Assembly: GCA_964016885.1 (NCBI GenBank) | Contig: OZ024741.1 | Coordinates: 296,112,001-296,176,000, forward strand | Direction of reading: 5' to 3' | From: Eledone cirrhosa | Taxonomy: Eukaryota | Length of the DNA: 64,000 nucleotides | Shown: in pieces, positions 27,185 through 41,196 of the stretch | Numbering within the stretch: the stretch's first letter is position 1 | How the letters are laid out: every line of letters starts with the position of its first letter | Made by a program: the position numbers and the translations under genes | Notes under the pieces: generated by a model | The model's database searches: none | What the model saw: only the letters and a program-made list of their open reading frames with translations | What the model was told of the DNA's origin: nothing

Positions 27185-27522
27185 ATCAAGAAAAAAGTGT
27201 TGGTGGACGTGTCCTGGTACATTGTCATGCTGGTGTAAGTCGATCTGCAACAGTCTGTCTTGCATATCTGATGCAGTACGATGGTTTAGGGCTGGACAGT
27301 GCCTTTGAATATGTACAGAGTCGTCGCAGTGTCATCTCACCTAATCTGAACTTCATGAAGCAGCTACAAGACTTTGAGAAAGAACTTTCGGAGTCGTCAC
27401 CCCCTAAAGACCCCTATTTGAAGTCTCCATGTCGGATAGAGGCACCATTCACATTTTGTTTCCCTGAATTCTGTCCATCATTGCAACATAAGCATAACAG
27501 TCCTCTTGCTTCACCAACCTAG
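27185..27522 (+). CDS. DUSP1: MAP kinase phosphatase coding exon 4 (catalytic loop to stop)
   Basis: CAG acceptor at 27182-27184. Peptide GGRVLVHCHAGVSRSATVCLAYLM...VQSRRSVISPNLNFMKQL; C-terminal FTFCFP and SPLASPT; TAG at 27520-27522. Spliced CDS is 1017 nt (338 aa). Confidence 0.95.
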
Positions 27523-28992
27523 AGAAGGGCCAACATGGCCCCAGGAAGGGGGTGAAACTTCACTTACGTTAATATGGCCAAAAACCTACTTCAATCTCTT
27601 TTCATCAATTTTTATTTTTTTTTTTATTTTTTTTTTATGATGAGAAGTTAAAATAAGGGCACTTTTTTTTTCCTCTTTCATTCTCCCGGTATATTTGGGA
27701 GCTAGTATGATTTGAAACTGGACTAATGGGATCTCTAATGTTCCATGATATTCCGGTGAACAATAAAGCAACAGCTTCATTGTACTTTGCTCTACTCCAG
27801 CAGAGCAGAACAAGACAGGGGTGTAATTCTATATTGTACATGGACCCTTCTCGAATACAAGCAGTGTAAACGAGAGGTGTGATTCCATTTAATTAATTGA
27901 TGTTAATCCAATTTAACACACCACTTTTCCTCCATTAAGATTTTTTTTTAATAATTGTATTATTTTTTCCTGACATTCATCTGTGGCAGTGATGAGGAGG
28001 AGGGAATGCACCCTACCACATTATTCATTCCGTAAACAAAATTCCCTCATGTTTTGGGGTTTAAGGGGAAAAAACATTGTATTTCTTCTTTCCTTGTGAA
28101 GGTGAGATAGTTCCAAGACTGTTGGAAGGACAATCAGGCAGGATATGACGTTTGGGGTTGATCTTTTAGAATACAGTGGATGCTTGTCATCTAGATAGCT
28201 AAGCAACCATTGCATATATACTAACATATGTATATATATATATATATATATATAATACATATACACACACACACACACATACATGCTACAGTGCACTGTA
28301 TTCAGTAAGGATCATTTGAAAGATTTTTAATTGGGTGGGATAGTCAGTGTATGAGAGGGAGTCAAGACAGCAAAATAGTAAGGATAGTGATGAGATTAAA
28401 GTAAAGAATTTTTTTTTTTTTTTTTTCTAAATTCTTCAAAAAGGTGCTGGACCAAAAAGCAGGGGATAAGTATGAAGGGGGTGATGAATAAAGTAAGAAA
28501 TAAACTTGAGGCCAATGTAGGAGAGAGTGGTTTTGCTTACTTGCTTGCTTGGCTATATGCTGCCATGCTTTCTCCACCAACATGGATTCATCCTCTCCAA
28601 AAGCTTTGTTCCTCCACACCCCTCTTTACTGGATGAACTGTGGAAACAGATTTAGTTTCAGAGTGGAATTTCTGTGAACAAATGACTTTATATATAAAGT
28701 ATAAAGTGCTCATATACACACACATGTTTATACATATATATATAATGTAAATCTAAATCTGTGTGTGTATATAAGTGTTAAAGGATTGTGGACTGGCTAT
28801 GTTGCGTGATGGGCATTATTAATTAAAACAAACAATATAATATATATGTACATTATGTGTGATTCAGGTATGAGGTGTGTTCTACATTGTGTGCATCTAT
28901 GTGTGTGTATGTTTGTATATATATATCTGAATGAATTGAACTTTTTCCTTTTTCAATGTAAAAATGAAAACAAATAACAAAACAATTATAGC

Positions 28993-29031
<39 letters not shown>

Positions 29032-29724
29032 ATCTATATATATATATATATATGCATGTGTACATATGTTCATTGCAAAGAAATTTTATGTATTATAAAA
29101 CTATATATATATTTTTTTAAACTGTCATCACCCCCCCCCCCCTCCCTCTCTTCTTCCATTTGTTTTACTCTGCTTTTCTTTCAACTTAAAAATCATGTTA
29201 ATCTTTTTTCCTTTTCTTTCTCTACACTTTTTTTACATGTCGTGCAAAACGACTCACAATCATACAAACACGTGCGTGTACACACACACACATCTATATA
29301 TACATATCTGTGCGTGTTTGCTTAAGCATTGCCTCAGATCTATCAGATGATTCTCATGGTCACAGGCCCTCAGTAGGACCACAGCTTCAAGGCCCTACCA
29401 CTTAACCACCCCACCAAACCTCCCTACAAACTCTTCTGGCTTAAATGGGGTTAATTTTTTTTTATTTTTATATTTTTTCAGATTTAAACGAAAAATCAAA
29501 ATTCCCCATCAGTACCCCTACTTCACTTCTTTGTGTACAAAATAATTTTCTTTCTCCTTGTTCCCATCACACCATGTTTATTTCCTTGGATCTTACTTGT
29601 TATATCCACCATCCTGCTACTAAAGTTATGAAGGCAACAACTAAGTTATGGTATTGGTGATTATATTCCATACTGTCATGTTTATGTAGCCGCCAAGTCA
29701 GCCCAGATAGAGGCTCTTGAAAAT

Positions 29725-30010
29725 TTAATCCAGTCTCACCATATGATTATGTATCAATGTGTCTGGGGAGATTGATCTAGGCTTACCATATGATAGTGTA
29801 TCATTGTTTGTCTGAGGATATTGATCTAGGCTCATCCTATGATAATGTATCAGGAGATTGTTCCAGGCTCACTGTATTAATAGTGTATCAATGTGTCTAG
29901 CTGAGAAGGCTGATCTAGGCTCACCATATGATAGTGTATAAATGTTTCTGTGAGGAGGCTGATCCAAGCTCACCATATGATAGTGTTTTCAGCATGTCTG
30001 TCTGAGGATG
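29725..30010. repeat. Degenerate ~40-50 bp tandem repeat, ~6 copies
   Basis: GATCTAGGCTCACCATATGATAGTGTATCA variants repeat across the interval. Confidence 0.75.
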
Positions 30011-30247
30011 TTAAAATTTGAAAACAAATCTTTCAGAACAATCTGGAAGAGAAAAGTGTATATCACCATTCCACCACACTCCAACACATGTATCTTAGAA
30101 ATCTTCCATCTTCTTCTTTTGTTGTTGTTTTTTATTAGACGAAGCTGAAGAAGGGGGGAAAGGGGAAGAAGAATTAAGTATTTAAAAAAAATAACAAAAA
30201 ATGTAAATTAGCCCCAAGCTGGGTTTTATATATAATATATAAATGTA

Positions 30248-30302
<55 letters not shown>

Positions 30303-31805
30303 TAGATTCAAAAGACATACAAGAGACATCTAAATAGCTGTTCCAGAACTTTCTGCATTATTTTTGGAATTTTTTATTTTGTTTTTGTTGTATTTTCCCC
30401 CTGGTTTAATAATGACGATATTTTCTTAAGTATATACTAACTCATTGCCTCCCTCTGCCACTAAAAGTGCAGAAAAACAATTGTTTGTGGAGGTACAAGG
30501 AGGAGAATAGAGCAGAAGGTTCTACAACTTAACAGCTGACTACATGTATGTATATATGTGTGACTGTATATATAACATATATATGTGTGGCTGTGCATAT
30601 AATATATAAGTAATAGTAAATATATCCTCCATCAGTTTCGATGATGAGTATTCCAGTTGTTTGATAAACTGGACTGCCTGCTCATTGAATTATTGTGCAA
30701 GTGGCTGAGTATTCCACTGACACATGTATACTTAATCCTCAGAGAGAATCAGGGAGACACAATGTATGACAAGATTGAGAGCTTTGAATTTTCAAAGACA
30801 ACCCATTGTGCATTTACCCTTTAGTTACAGTTATTTATGTTGTGAGTTCAAGCCACACTGAGGTTAAAGTACCAGTAATGCACTGGGATCGATTTAATCA
30901 ACTTTCCTCTCCCCAAAAATTGTTGACCTTTTGCCTAAATCAAAAGCCATTAGTGTAAGTGGTTCAGTATTCCACAAATACTTAAACATTTAATGTCATC
31001 CTGAAAGAGAATCATTGATACACATTGTATATGATAGGTCTGTACCTTTGAAATAACACATACAATCCATCGCATAGGCCTCCACATAGTTTCTGTCTGC
31101 CAGATTTCACTCACAATGTTTGTGTTGACTCATGACTAGTAAAAGTAAAAAAGCATTTGCCTAAAATGTGATATGATCAAATTTTGGGTCTCTTCATTAC
31201 AAAGCAAACTTCTTTGTCACACTAAGCATGGGCACAGACATATAAATATCCAGTCACATGCACACACACACACAAATATATATAGTGAAAAGTTAGTGCT
31301 TGACGACAGAGATCATGCCAAAGCAGCAGTGAGCTCAGCCGTCGGGCACTAACATTTCACTATATATATGCTTTGCTTTCCAAGTATCAAGCACCTAGCT
31401 GATGAAGGTCTGACACACACATTTCACCATCTTGGATTTTTTTTTTTTTTTTACCTGTTTAATTAAACTAAACAAACTTCTTATCCACCAATTTATCTCA
31501 CAATTTAATCACTCAACTCCAAAAGAAACCACTTCAACCATCATCAACCACCCTCCTCTTTTTCAACAATAATTCAAGTAATTTATAATTATTTATTTAT
31601 TCTTCACATGCTCATCTACCCCCACCCCGTTAATTACCCCCACCCCCTGCCGCTGCCAAACAAATATTGTATTATATAAATTTAGAGAGAAAGACAAAGT
31701 AACATTTGATCACCATTCTTTTTTCCTTTTTATACAAGACTGCTGTGTTTTCTATGTTTTGTGTGTATACACATGTATATATTCCTTTCATTCTTGTGTG
31801 TATGG

Positions 31806-31850
<45 letters not shown>

Positions 31851-31996
31851 ATAAATCGTTTTATTAAACTTTTTTTTATATATACCTAACGGTTTTCCAT
31901 ATTCTGTATGTAACTCATAAGCGTGTGTTTATAAATATAATTTGATTTATATACAAGTCTCCCCAAATTTTTTTCCCCTCTATTACATACATACAT

Positions 31997-32092
<96 letters not shown>

Positions 32093-32126
32093 AACCTAGA
32101 AAAGCACTTTGTATTATATTTTTAGT

Positions 32127-32158
<32 letters not shown>

Positions 32159-32959
32159 GTCTTTATTCTAAACTTTCTTTATACACTTTCCATGTTTACA
32201 ATTCCATTTAATACAAAAATTTGAAATTTAAACCTGTCTTCTCTTGTCTTTTCAAACTTCTGAATATATAAATAAAAATTTTAATTGTTGATATAATTAT
32301 AAATTGGTTAAACATACTGAAAAAAGCAGTATTGGAAAGAACTATAAATGCCATAAATGAGAGGAAAAGTGGCAGAACAAGGACTAGTCAAAGGAAGAAA
32401 AGGGAACACTCTACAAATAGATCAGAGCAGTGTGTTGGCGGAGCCCTGTGGACAAAATCGCAAAGGCATTTCCAGACAATACCCAGCAACACAGTGCAAC
32501 AACCACGCCTCCTCGCTGGACTCCTTCCTCAGACAGATCTGATTTTAGAGGTCAGCCATCCGGGGTCCAAGGACGCCTGAGGTCTCGATGGTAACTGGTG
32601 CTAAGAGGAAGTAGCTGAACTAGCTCTGATATTTGCTTGTCTTCCTGTCGTCTCGTGGCCAAGGCAACTAAGTTAGAGCCGGAGAACGTAAATAAATACA
32701 CATCATTTGGACTGTCTTTATATTTCAGTTAGAGAATAAATGAAAGAAAAAAGAATCCATATAAAAGACTCAATAAAGAGATCCTTTATGTGATTAACAT
32801 TTAGTATTTTTCTTGCTCTTTATATTCTGAGTTCAACTCTGTCATGGCGATAAAATTAAGTACCAGGGCCGACCTGCAATTGGCCAACATAAAAGTTGGA
32901 GAGAAAGGAATAAATTAATCCAAGCTCTGCTAGATATTGTATGTGTGTGTGAACAGGGA

Positions 32960-33325
32960 AGCACAGATATGTGAGAGAGAAACTAGGTGTACAACATATC
33001 AGATGTTGTATAAAAGATTCCCTTTGGTCACGAATGACCTTGGAATTTGCAGCTAGAAAGTTAACCCCAGTCCGAACAAGGTTGTTTGTGGAAGACCAGC
33101 AGTTACCCATGCATGCCAATCTCCCCTCTCCACGCTATCAATCTTCTCCAGTGGCCGATAGAGCTTGCCACCAGTGATGTTACAACTCATTTTCTACAGC
33201 TGAGTAAACTGGAGCAACATGAAACAAAGTGTCTTGCTGAAGAACATGTCAACTGGTCTTGGAATCAAACTCACAACCTGAGGATTGTGAATCCAACTCT
33301 CTAACCACTAAGCCAATGGGCCTTC
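32960..33325 (-). mobile_element. tRNA-derived SINE (same family as 2266-2395); related copy at ~39700-39950
   Basis: CTAACCACTAAGCCA (A box, reverse complement) and GAATCAAACTC (B box, reverse complement). Body TTTCTACAGCTGAGTAAACTGGAGCAAC is shared with 39896-39925. Confidence 0.7.
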
Positions 33326-33384
33326 ACTAATGCAGTGAACATTTCTGGTTAGAGATTATCAAGCACCTTGAATTGTGTATTTCT

Positions 33385-33602
33385 TGATCATCATCGTGTT
33401 CTCGCAACTAGTGCAGTCGGTCGTTGGGGTGCCACTCTAGACATTTCTACTATCAGTCGTCGCCATTGGTCTCTATTCTGTCATGCATAGAAGGGTCTTG
33501 GTGTTGGACCAGTCCAGTCTTTAATATTGTCGGATAAGGATTTTCTTTGTCTGCCTCTTCTTTGAGCCCTGAAAGATGATTTTGGAGAAGGAGTTGTGGC
33601 AG
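33385..33602 (-). mobile_element. RTE-clade LINE 3' fragment
   Basis: Minus translation HNSFSKIIFQG...RRGRQRKSLSDNIKDWTG is typical of the RTE C-terminus. Confidence 0.55.
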
Positions 33603-34489
33603 GATATAGTCCTTAATACACTGTTTAAAAATAAAAAGGATGAGATTGTCACTAAAAGAACACCTCTTATTATTGTGCTTTATCAGGAATGACCTGGCAT
33701 GTAACTACAGCAGGTAAGAACACTCGAGATAATGAAGTACAAAACCATGACTGAAATAGTCAGCGATAGAATGCTTTTGATCATTATTCTGCCTGCTATC
33801 GAATCTGACCTATGGTTAAATAACAACTACAACAAAGAGAAAATCACCTGAAGTAATAGTCCAAAACAATCAGAAAAACAACAATAAACGGGAGGGTCAC
33901 GGATAGAACAGCTTCGATCAATCGTCTTCTTAATGGGGAAAACTCACCTGGGGTCAAACAACAAAAGTAGAGAATGGTATTTCAGATAACGAAGTCCAAG
34001 ACCTTGAAAAATATTTAAAGCAGGAGGGGCATGGATAGAAAGTGTCTTTGATCATTTATCTGCTTGATCTCAAGGCTAACCTTGGGCTACAGAAGAATAA
34101 CAACAGTGCTAACATGATAAACAACTACATTTCATTCATACATTAAAGCTTGTCTCTAATAATAAGGGACGTCAAACGTAATGATTACCTATGTGAATTT
34201 GAGTCTACCTAATTTCACAACCAAATGACGCGTTTGTCATTCCTTACACACTGCAACCAACTATAAGGGCGAGGAACCACTGTTAACCACCACCGCCTCC
34301 ACCACTACCACCACCAACCCCTAATTACCGTCCTCATTACCTACAGTACTGTACTCAGCGTACCCAATGTACTTTTGGTATGTGTGCACTACAATAACAT
34401 ACCTACCTATATTTGTTTCACCTCCATTACCAACCAATACATAACACCGTTCATGTTACACTGTCACCTGAAACTGCCTCCCCTCTCTC

Positions 34490-35690
34490 CTCACCACCAC
34501 CACCACCACCACCACTACCACTACATACCATTAATACATTCTACAACCACGGAACAACACAGCACCTTCACTCCTCCTCACCACCACCACCACCACCACC
34601 ACCACTACCACTACTACCACTACATACCATTAATACATTCTACAACCACGGAACAACACAGCACCTTCACTCCTCCTCACCACCACCACCACCACTACTA
34701 CCACTACATACCATTAATACATTCTACAACCACGGAACAACACAGCACCTTCACTCCTCCTCACCACCACCACTACCACTACTACCACTACATACCATTA
34801 ATACATTCTACAACCACGGAACAACACAGCACCTTCACTCCTCCTCACCACCACCACCACCACTACTACCACTACATACCATTAATACATTCTACAACCA
34901 CGGAACAACACAGCACCTTCACTCCTCCTCACCACCACCACCACCACCACCACCACTACCACTACTACCACTACATACCATTAATACATTCTACAACCAC
35001 GGAACAACACAGCACCTTCACTCCTCCTCACCACCACCACTACCACTACTACCACTACATACCATTAATACATTCTACAACCACGGAACAACACAGCACC
35101 TTCACTCCTCCTCACCACCACCACCACCACCACCACCACTACCACTACTACCACTACATACCATTAATACATTCTACAACCACGGAACAACACAGCACCT
35201 TCACTCCTCCTCACCACCACCACTACCACTACTACCACTACATACCATTAATACATTCTACAACCACGGAACAACACAGCACCTTCACTCCTCCTCACCA
35301 CCACCACCACCACCACCACCACTACCACTACTACCACTACATACCATTAATACATTCTACAACCACGGAACAACACAGCACCTTCACTCCTCCTCACCAC
35401 CACCACTACCACTACTACCACTACATACCATTAATACATTCTACAACCACGGAACAACACAGCACCTTCACTCCTCCTCACCACCACTACCACTACCACT
35501 ACATACCATTAATACATTCTACAACCATCAGACTATACATAATACCGTTCACATTACACCGTCACCTCAAACTGCATCCTTCACTCCTCCTCACCACTAC
35601 CACTACCACTACATACCATTAATACATTCTACAACCACGGAACAACACAGCACCTTCACTCCTCCTCACTACCACCAACACCACTACTAC
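34490..35690. repeat. Minisatellite with 84/99 bp units, ~12 copies, containing (CAC)n
   Basis: ACTACATACCATTAATACATTCTACAACCACGGAACAACACAGCACCTTCACTCCTCCTC repeats across the interval. Confidence 0.95.
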
Positions 35691-35969
35691 GCCCACCACC
35701 ACTACTACTCCCACCACCTCCACTATCTAAACTACCTACTACCACCTTGACCTAAACAATAACAGATGGGATGGTCATGGCTAGAACATCATTGGCTCAC
35801 CTTTTACTATAGATCAATTGAGGCTAAATAACAATATATACGATGAAAGGTCACATGACCATGCTATGGTTCGGGGTGGGGTAGACAATTCTAAACTTGG
35901 CAATTCCTGCTACTGTTGTGATATCGTTTCAGTCATTGAACGTCTCGATAGAAGGATATAAAAGATATA

Positions 35970-36263
35970 CAGTTGTTCCCCCGTATTCGCGGGCGTTACG
36001 TTCCGAGAGCACCCGCGAATATTGGACGTGGTCCATAAAAATGCCTATAAACGTCAAACCATAACGTAAAATATAGGCCGACAAATATGGTATATTGTTA
36101 CTAATAATTTAGCGTTAAAAAGCGTGAAAAATATATATTGCCACGAAAAAAGCCATTAAAAAATCGTGGAAGATATTTACGATTCCGCGAATATGTGGTG
36201 GTTTCCACGAACAATTATCAGTCAGGCTCTAAGGAAAATTCCGCGAATACTGTGGGTACACTT
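35970..36263. mobile_element. pogo/Tigger-like MITE
   Basis: TA|CAGTTGTTCCCCCGTATTCGCGG ... CCGCGAATACTGTGGGTACACTT|TA: imperfect TIRs with TA flanks. Confidence 0.6.
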
Positions 36264-36344
36264 TAATTGAGTTAATGAATTTGGCATCAATTATTTGGTT
36301 GAGTTGTTAGTGGTGCATTTGACAGTATTTTAACCCATATTTTT

Positions 36345-36884
36345 CAGCGGTGTCCAAACTCCGTCTTGTCATTTGTCAGTAAGGGAAACGCCTTCTCTAT
36401 TCTGTCCGCCAGGGCCGCGGAGTGGCCAGCGCGTGGGCCCCCATTTGCTCATAATAATGAGAGATGAGGAGAGTGGGTGAGACGGAGGCAGTGGGAGTTT
36501 GGTTCTTTTGTGTTCGGACCTTGTGTGTGCGTATTTGTTTCACGGACACACTCTCCTGTATATATATGTTTGCTAGCTATCACACGAAGAAGCGGCGCAT
36601 ACATACTACATAATATAGAGTGAGTGAGTGAAAGTAATGTGAAAAGAGGAAATGTGTGACGTCCCAACGAGTATCTTCCACTTCCAACTAACTTACCCTC
36701 CACCTCTTGGTCCCGGCCGACAGGATGGAGAATATTACCCTGGGGGACAGTGAGGGAGATGTGTTAGAGCAGTTACTCGATTTCGCGGGGCTCGCAGCTG
36801 CAGGCGGCCAATTCCGCGCCGATAGCAGTGCGAGGGGTGTGGTCTGGGGGGCTGGGGGTGGCCCCAAAAGTTTGAGAACCTCTG
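36345..36884. mobile_element. hAT (Charlie-like) non-autonomous element
   Basis: Ends CAGCGGTGTCCAAACT and AGTTTGAGAACCTCTG resemble Charlie-type TIRs. An 8-bp TSD is not evident. Confidence 0.45.
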
Positions 36885-37074
36885 ACATAAACGGAGGCAA
36901 TTTGACACCGATTTACACCAGACAACATAAACACACATTCTTCTCTAGCTGCTCCAGCATGCGAGCTGTGGCTCTGATGTGGGGGTGCCTGTATGTGTGT
37001 ATAGCTGTATCATTACCACCTTAAAATACTACACTCACATGAAGTAAGATTTGAAGAGTCAGATATCAGTTTAC

Positions 37075-37450
37075 CTGGAAAGAAACAATTCAGTTATTAA
37101 TAAGAAGAGTTGAAATTAATACTTGCAAGGTTTCACAGCTCTAACATCACTCCTTCATAGTTTGACCAAGATACTCTCATGGAATGATCAAATGAGGTTT
37201 ATTTTTCAACATAATCCCTGGAAAGAAACAATGTAGTTAGTTATTAATAAGAGCTGAAATTAATGCATGCAATTTTCACAGCTTTGACATCACTCCTTCA
37301 TAGTTTGATCAAGATACTCTCATGGAATTACCAAATGGGGTTTATTTTTAACATAGTCCCTGGAAAGAAACAGTGCAGTTATTAATAAGAAGAGTTGAAA
37401 TTAATACACGGAAGATTTCACATCTCTAACATCACTCCTTCATAGTTTGC
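37075..37450. repeat. Tandem triplication of a ~142 bp unit
   Basis: CTGGAAAGAAACA...TTATTAATAAGA...CATCACTCCTTCATAGTTTG at about 37075, 37218 and 37360. Confidence 0.85.
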
Positions 37451-37539
37451 CGATGAAGCTTTCAGCCGACCCTTGTAGTCAGAACAGTCTTGAATAGAAG
37501 GTGAAAAAAAAAAAAAAAAATCAACAGCCAATAAAGATA

Positions 37540-38215
37540 AACATGTTGAGATTGGTGAAACCTAAGAATAAAATTGCCACCAAATTAAAACACAACCGAC
37601 CTGATATTGTTATTTAGGACCACAGATTTGTAATATGATCAATGTTAGAAAATTCGGGTGAAAGAAGACATCTAGGGATCATTCATGTGGAGTTTTCAAA
37701 TCCAGTACCCAAAATATACTTTTCAGATTTATACCTGTTATTATTGAAGCTACATGAGGGAGGTGGATTGGCAGTATCGGTAGAACATCGGATAATATGC
37801 TTTGCGGCATAGAGTTACGGCCTTTTTACGTTCTGAGTTCAAATCCCATCTTTTCTGTTACGTTGGGAGAAAGCGTTTGCCTTTGTTGTATCAGGTATAG
37901 TGGTGGTGGTGTGGTGGTAAGGTGGTGGGGTGGTAGGGTGGTAGGGTGGTGTGGTGGTGGTGGAGGTGGTGTGAGTGTAGTGGTGGTGGTGGTCAATAAA
38001 ATAAAGTAACAATCATGCACTGGAGTCGATTTAATCGACTTTCACTTCCCCTAAAATTGCTGGCCTTGTGCCTAAATAAGAAACCATTATTGAAGCTACA
38101 TGATGTATACCAACCAGCTTTGAATTCTTGAAGAAAGAACACAGTTCCTTAACTTAGAAATTACAAATCTTCGATATCTAGAACTGTAAACATTTGTAAG
38201 ACCTTAAGAAATGAT
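37540..38215 (+). mobile_element. Old decayed 3' fragment of R4/Dong family A, interrupted by a SINE
   Basis: GCCACCAAATTAAAACACAACCGACCTGATATTGTT matches 55603-55640; homology resumes after 38103. Confidence 0.7.
37758..38085 (+). mobile_element. Deu/Nin-like SINE with 18-bp TSD and an internal foreign insert
   Basis: TSD ATTATTGAAGCTACATGA at 37740-37757 and 38086-38103. Confidence 0.8.
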
Positions 38216-40157
38216 GAAAGATTGCTTAAAGGACGGTGGAAAGAACAAGACCCATTTTTTTTATAGTCTTGCCGCCGGGTTTGTGGTTAGTCAAAATATA
38301 CTATTAATTTTAAAAAGACATACATGTATACATACATATGCACATACGTACATACAGACATAAATACAAACAGACAAGCTGGAAACAGCAGCCAAATCTC
38401 CCACAAATCACTGAATGCGGTCTTAAGAAAGGAAGAACACATCAAATGATGTGTTCTTGATGCATTAAATCTGGATGAAAAAATAATGGGACGGTCACGA
38501 TTGGAGTGTCTGTTCGGTATGAACTAGAAGCTATAACATCGAGGTTATTGACCTATAATTCCTCCACCACTCCACTATGACAACCATTACAACACCACTA
38601 ACAACAGAACACTACTACCACCAACACCATCATTAACTCCACTACCACCATCACTACCATCACACCACCACCACTACTACCACCACACTATCACTACAAC
38701 ACCACTACCACCACACCACCACCACCACCACCACTATACCTGATACAACAAAGGCAAAACGCTTTCTCCCAACTTAACAGAAAAACTAGTTATTTGTAGT
38801 AACCGTGTTTAGCGTGGGCGGATAGGGTGTGTGGAGGGTGGAGGTGATTGGGGTGGAGGTGGTGGTAGTGACATACCGGAGTAGGGGCATAGGAGAGAAG
38901 GATGGGGGTGAGGAGAAAGGAGAAATAGTAAAATGGCAGAGTAGGGAAGTGAGAAAGAAGGACCGAGTATTAGAACGTTGGAGTTGGAATATACTAGGGT
39001 GAGGTAGGAAAGGGGCTCGGGAGAGAAGGATGGCTTAGTGGAGGGAAGAAGGGGGAAATAACAGTGACGTGGGGGTATGGATGAGAAGGACAGGGTGGTG
39101 GTGAAGGAGGGGTAGGGGGAATGGAATAGCAGGAAAGGAGAGAGTGAAGGGATCAGAGGGTGGAAGAAAGGCAGGTGAGGGGGTGGTCAAATACCTAAGA
39201 AGGAATGTGAGGAGAAGGAGGTGGAGGAGGAGGAGTCTGTGGGTGGTGGTAGTGGTGGTAGTGGTGGAGGGGTGAAAGTCAAATACCAGGAAAGGAAAGA
39301 GGGGCACTGTTGCTGCAGTTGTTTGGGGGATGGAGGGGGTTAGCAATAGTAAAAAGTCTGTGAGTTTTGTTTATGTACAGTGGTGTTGATGGTGGTGGTG
39401 GTGGTAGCTTTGCTACCATAGACAGTTGTTTTCGTCTGGCCTGAACATTCTTCAGGACACAGTTGATGGAATGTGTAGAGGAGGCAGACAAAGATATCCC
39501 TGGTCCGACAACATCAATGACTGGACAAGTCCCAACATTGCGACCAGGACCGGATTTCATCTGCTTAAAGCCCTAAATTATATGAAATTTGAGGCCCTTC
39601 TCTAAAAAAAACAAAAAAACGGGTAAAATTGTTTTTCAATAATTACGCATAATTATCATTTTTTATATTAATATTAATCAATAAATAATATATATATAAA
39701 GACCCGTCTTCTGTCATGAATGACCATGGGATTTGTACCTAGAAAGTCCCCCTCCGAGGCACAAGTCTGAGCAAGGTTGTTTGTGGAAGACCAGCAGTCT
39801 CCTGGACATACCAGTTTCCCCTCTCCACACCACTAATGTCGTTCAAGGGGAAGGCGAAGGCTGATACAGCGTAGCAGAATTGACGTCGCAACACATTTCT
39901 ACAGCTGAGTAAACTGGAGCAACGTGAAATAAAGTGTATTGCTTAAACACACATCGTCCTCACGTGCCTCCGTCTCTTGTGAGAAAATCTGCCTATATCC
40001 TCATATGTAGCTGTAATATTGAATAACAACCCCATTACGCATTCTCTCCATCCTTTCCATTTCCAATCTCCTTCTTATTATCCTGTACTGTATATCTAAT
40101 GTTCGTGTGACTAAGCTTGGTAGAGCTTATAATCAGCACTATATTTTTGTTTATAAA

Positions 40158-40202
40158 GCTCTGATGATTCCTTCGCCACGGTGTGGATGAAACATTGTCA
40201 GC
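40158..40202 (+). ncRNA. Degenerate minimal hammerhead ribozyme
   Basis: GCT-CTGATGA-TTCCTTCGCCACGGTGTGGAT-GAAA-CATTG-TC-AGC. Lies about 45 bp before a (TA)n tract. Confidence 0.55.
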
Positions 40203-40831
40203 GACTAAAAATTGTATGAGTATGTAGGCGTTCTTTGATTTCTTTTACATATATATATATATATATATGAAAACAGGGAGAAAGAGACGACCATGAGGAA
40301 GAAAAATATTTTTTTTTCCTTTTTTTGGGGTCTCTCTCTCTCTTTTTTCTGGGTTAGAAAATGATTAAAACGAAATGTTTTACTTTCTGTGAAGTGTTAA
40401 GGTATTAGTTGATTTATTTATTATTTAACAATGGCATTTATTTATCTATTTATATATTTAATTATTGTCTATTACCGGTTTCTGCATTTATATGCATTAT
40501 CAAATGATAGTGAAATGTATTAGCGTGGTGTCGCACATGTTAAACAGAAGGTGCAGAAAGAATATTGTTATATACAAACAAGGTTTAAGAAGTGAAAAGG
40601 AAAAAGAAAAAGGAAAAAAAAAACGTGCATAATGTGGAACGTAAAAAGTCAATGTGGAAGAAAAGTTAATGTTATTTACAAGCACAGTTATTGAAGTTAA
40701 GCAGTTCAAAATGTGTTAATATCGCAAGAGTGCTTAGTTGAACCATGGTTCCGTGAAGGAGGCAAATGGTGGACTGTGGTTTGATATGATTTCCCTTTTT
40801 AGAGAGTTAATATTTTATTATTATTATTATG

Positions 40832-40896
<65 letters not shown>

Positions 40897-41153
40897 GGAA
40901 AAAATGAAACGAAATTTCATTTCCCACTCTTAGTACGGCTGTTACTTAAATATAAGTATGTACGCGTACATACATATATGCATACAGACGTACAGTAGTA
41001 TGTATATATACATACATGCACACGTATATATATGTACGTATGGATTCACCGAACATTTATTATAATGCTCGGTGTGTTTGTAAACAAGCATCCCGTATTA
41101 AGCCGTAGTCTCCAGCAACCATCGTTGCTCGTTTGTTCAACACTGACAAAGGA

Positions 41154-41196
41154 ACGCTGTACTAGTTTCAAGCTTATTAGCTATCGTCAGCAACGT
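41154..41196 (-). ncRNA. Minimal type I hammerhead (family 2, left arm)
   Basis: Minus strand: ACGTTG-CTGACGA-TAGCT-AATA-AGCTT-GAAA-CTAG-TA-CAGCGT. Confidence 0.8.

Noticed and set aside
32493-32520. GCCTCCTCGCTGG, matching the P3-L3 segment of the HDV genomic ribozyme as I recall it
   Set aside because: P3 closes with a mismatch and I could not find P1, P1.1 or P2 partners. Treated as coincidence or unresolvable decay.
34490-35690. CRISPR-like regular repeats
   Set aside because: The 'spacers' are CAC/TAC runs rather than unique sequence; the context is eukaryotic and there are no cas genes.
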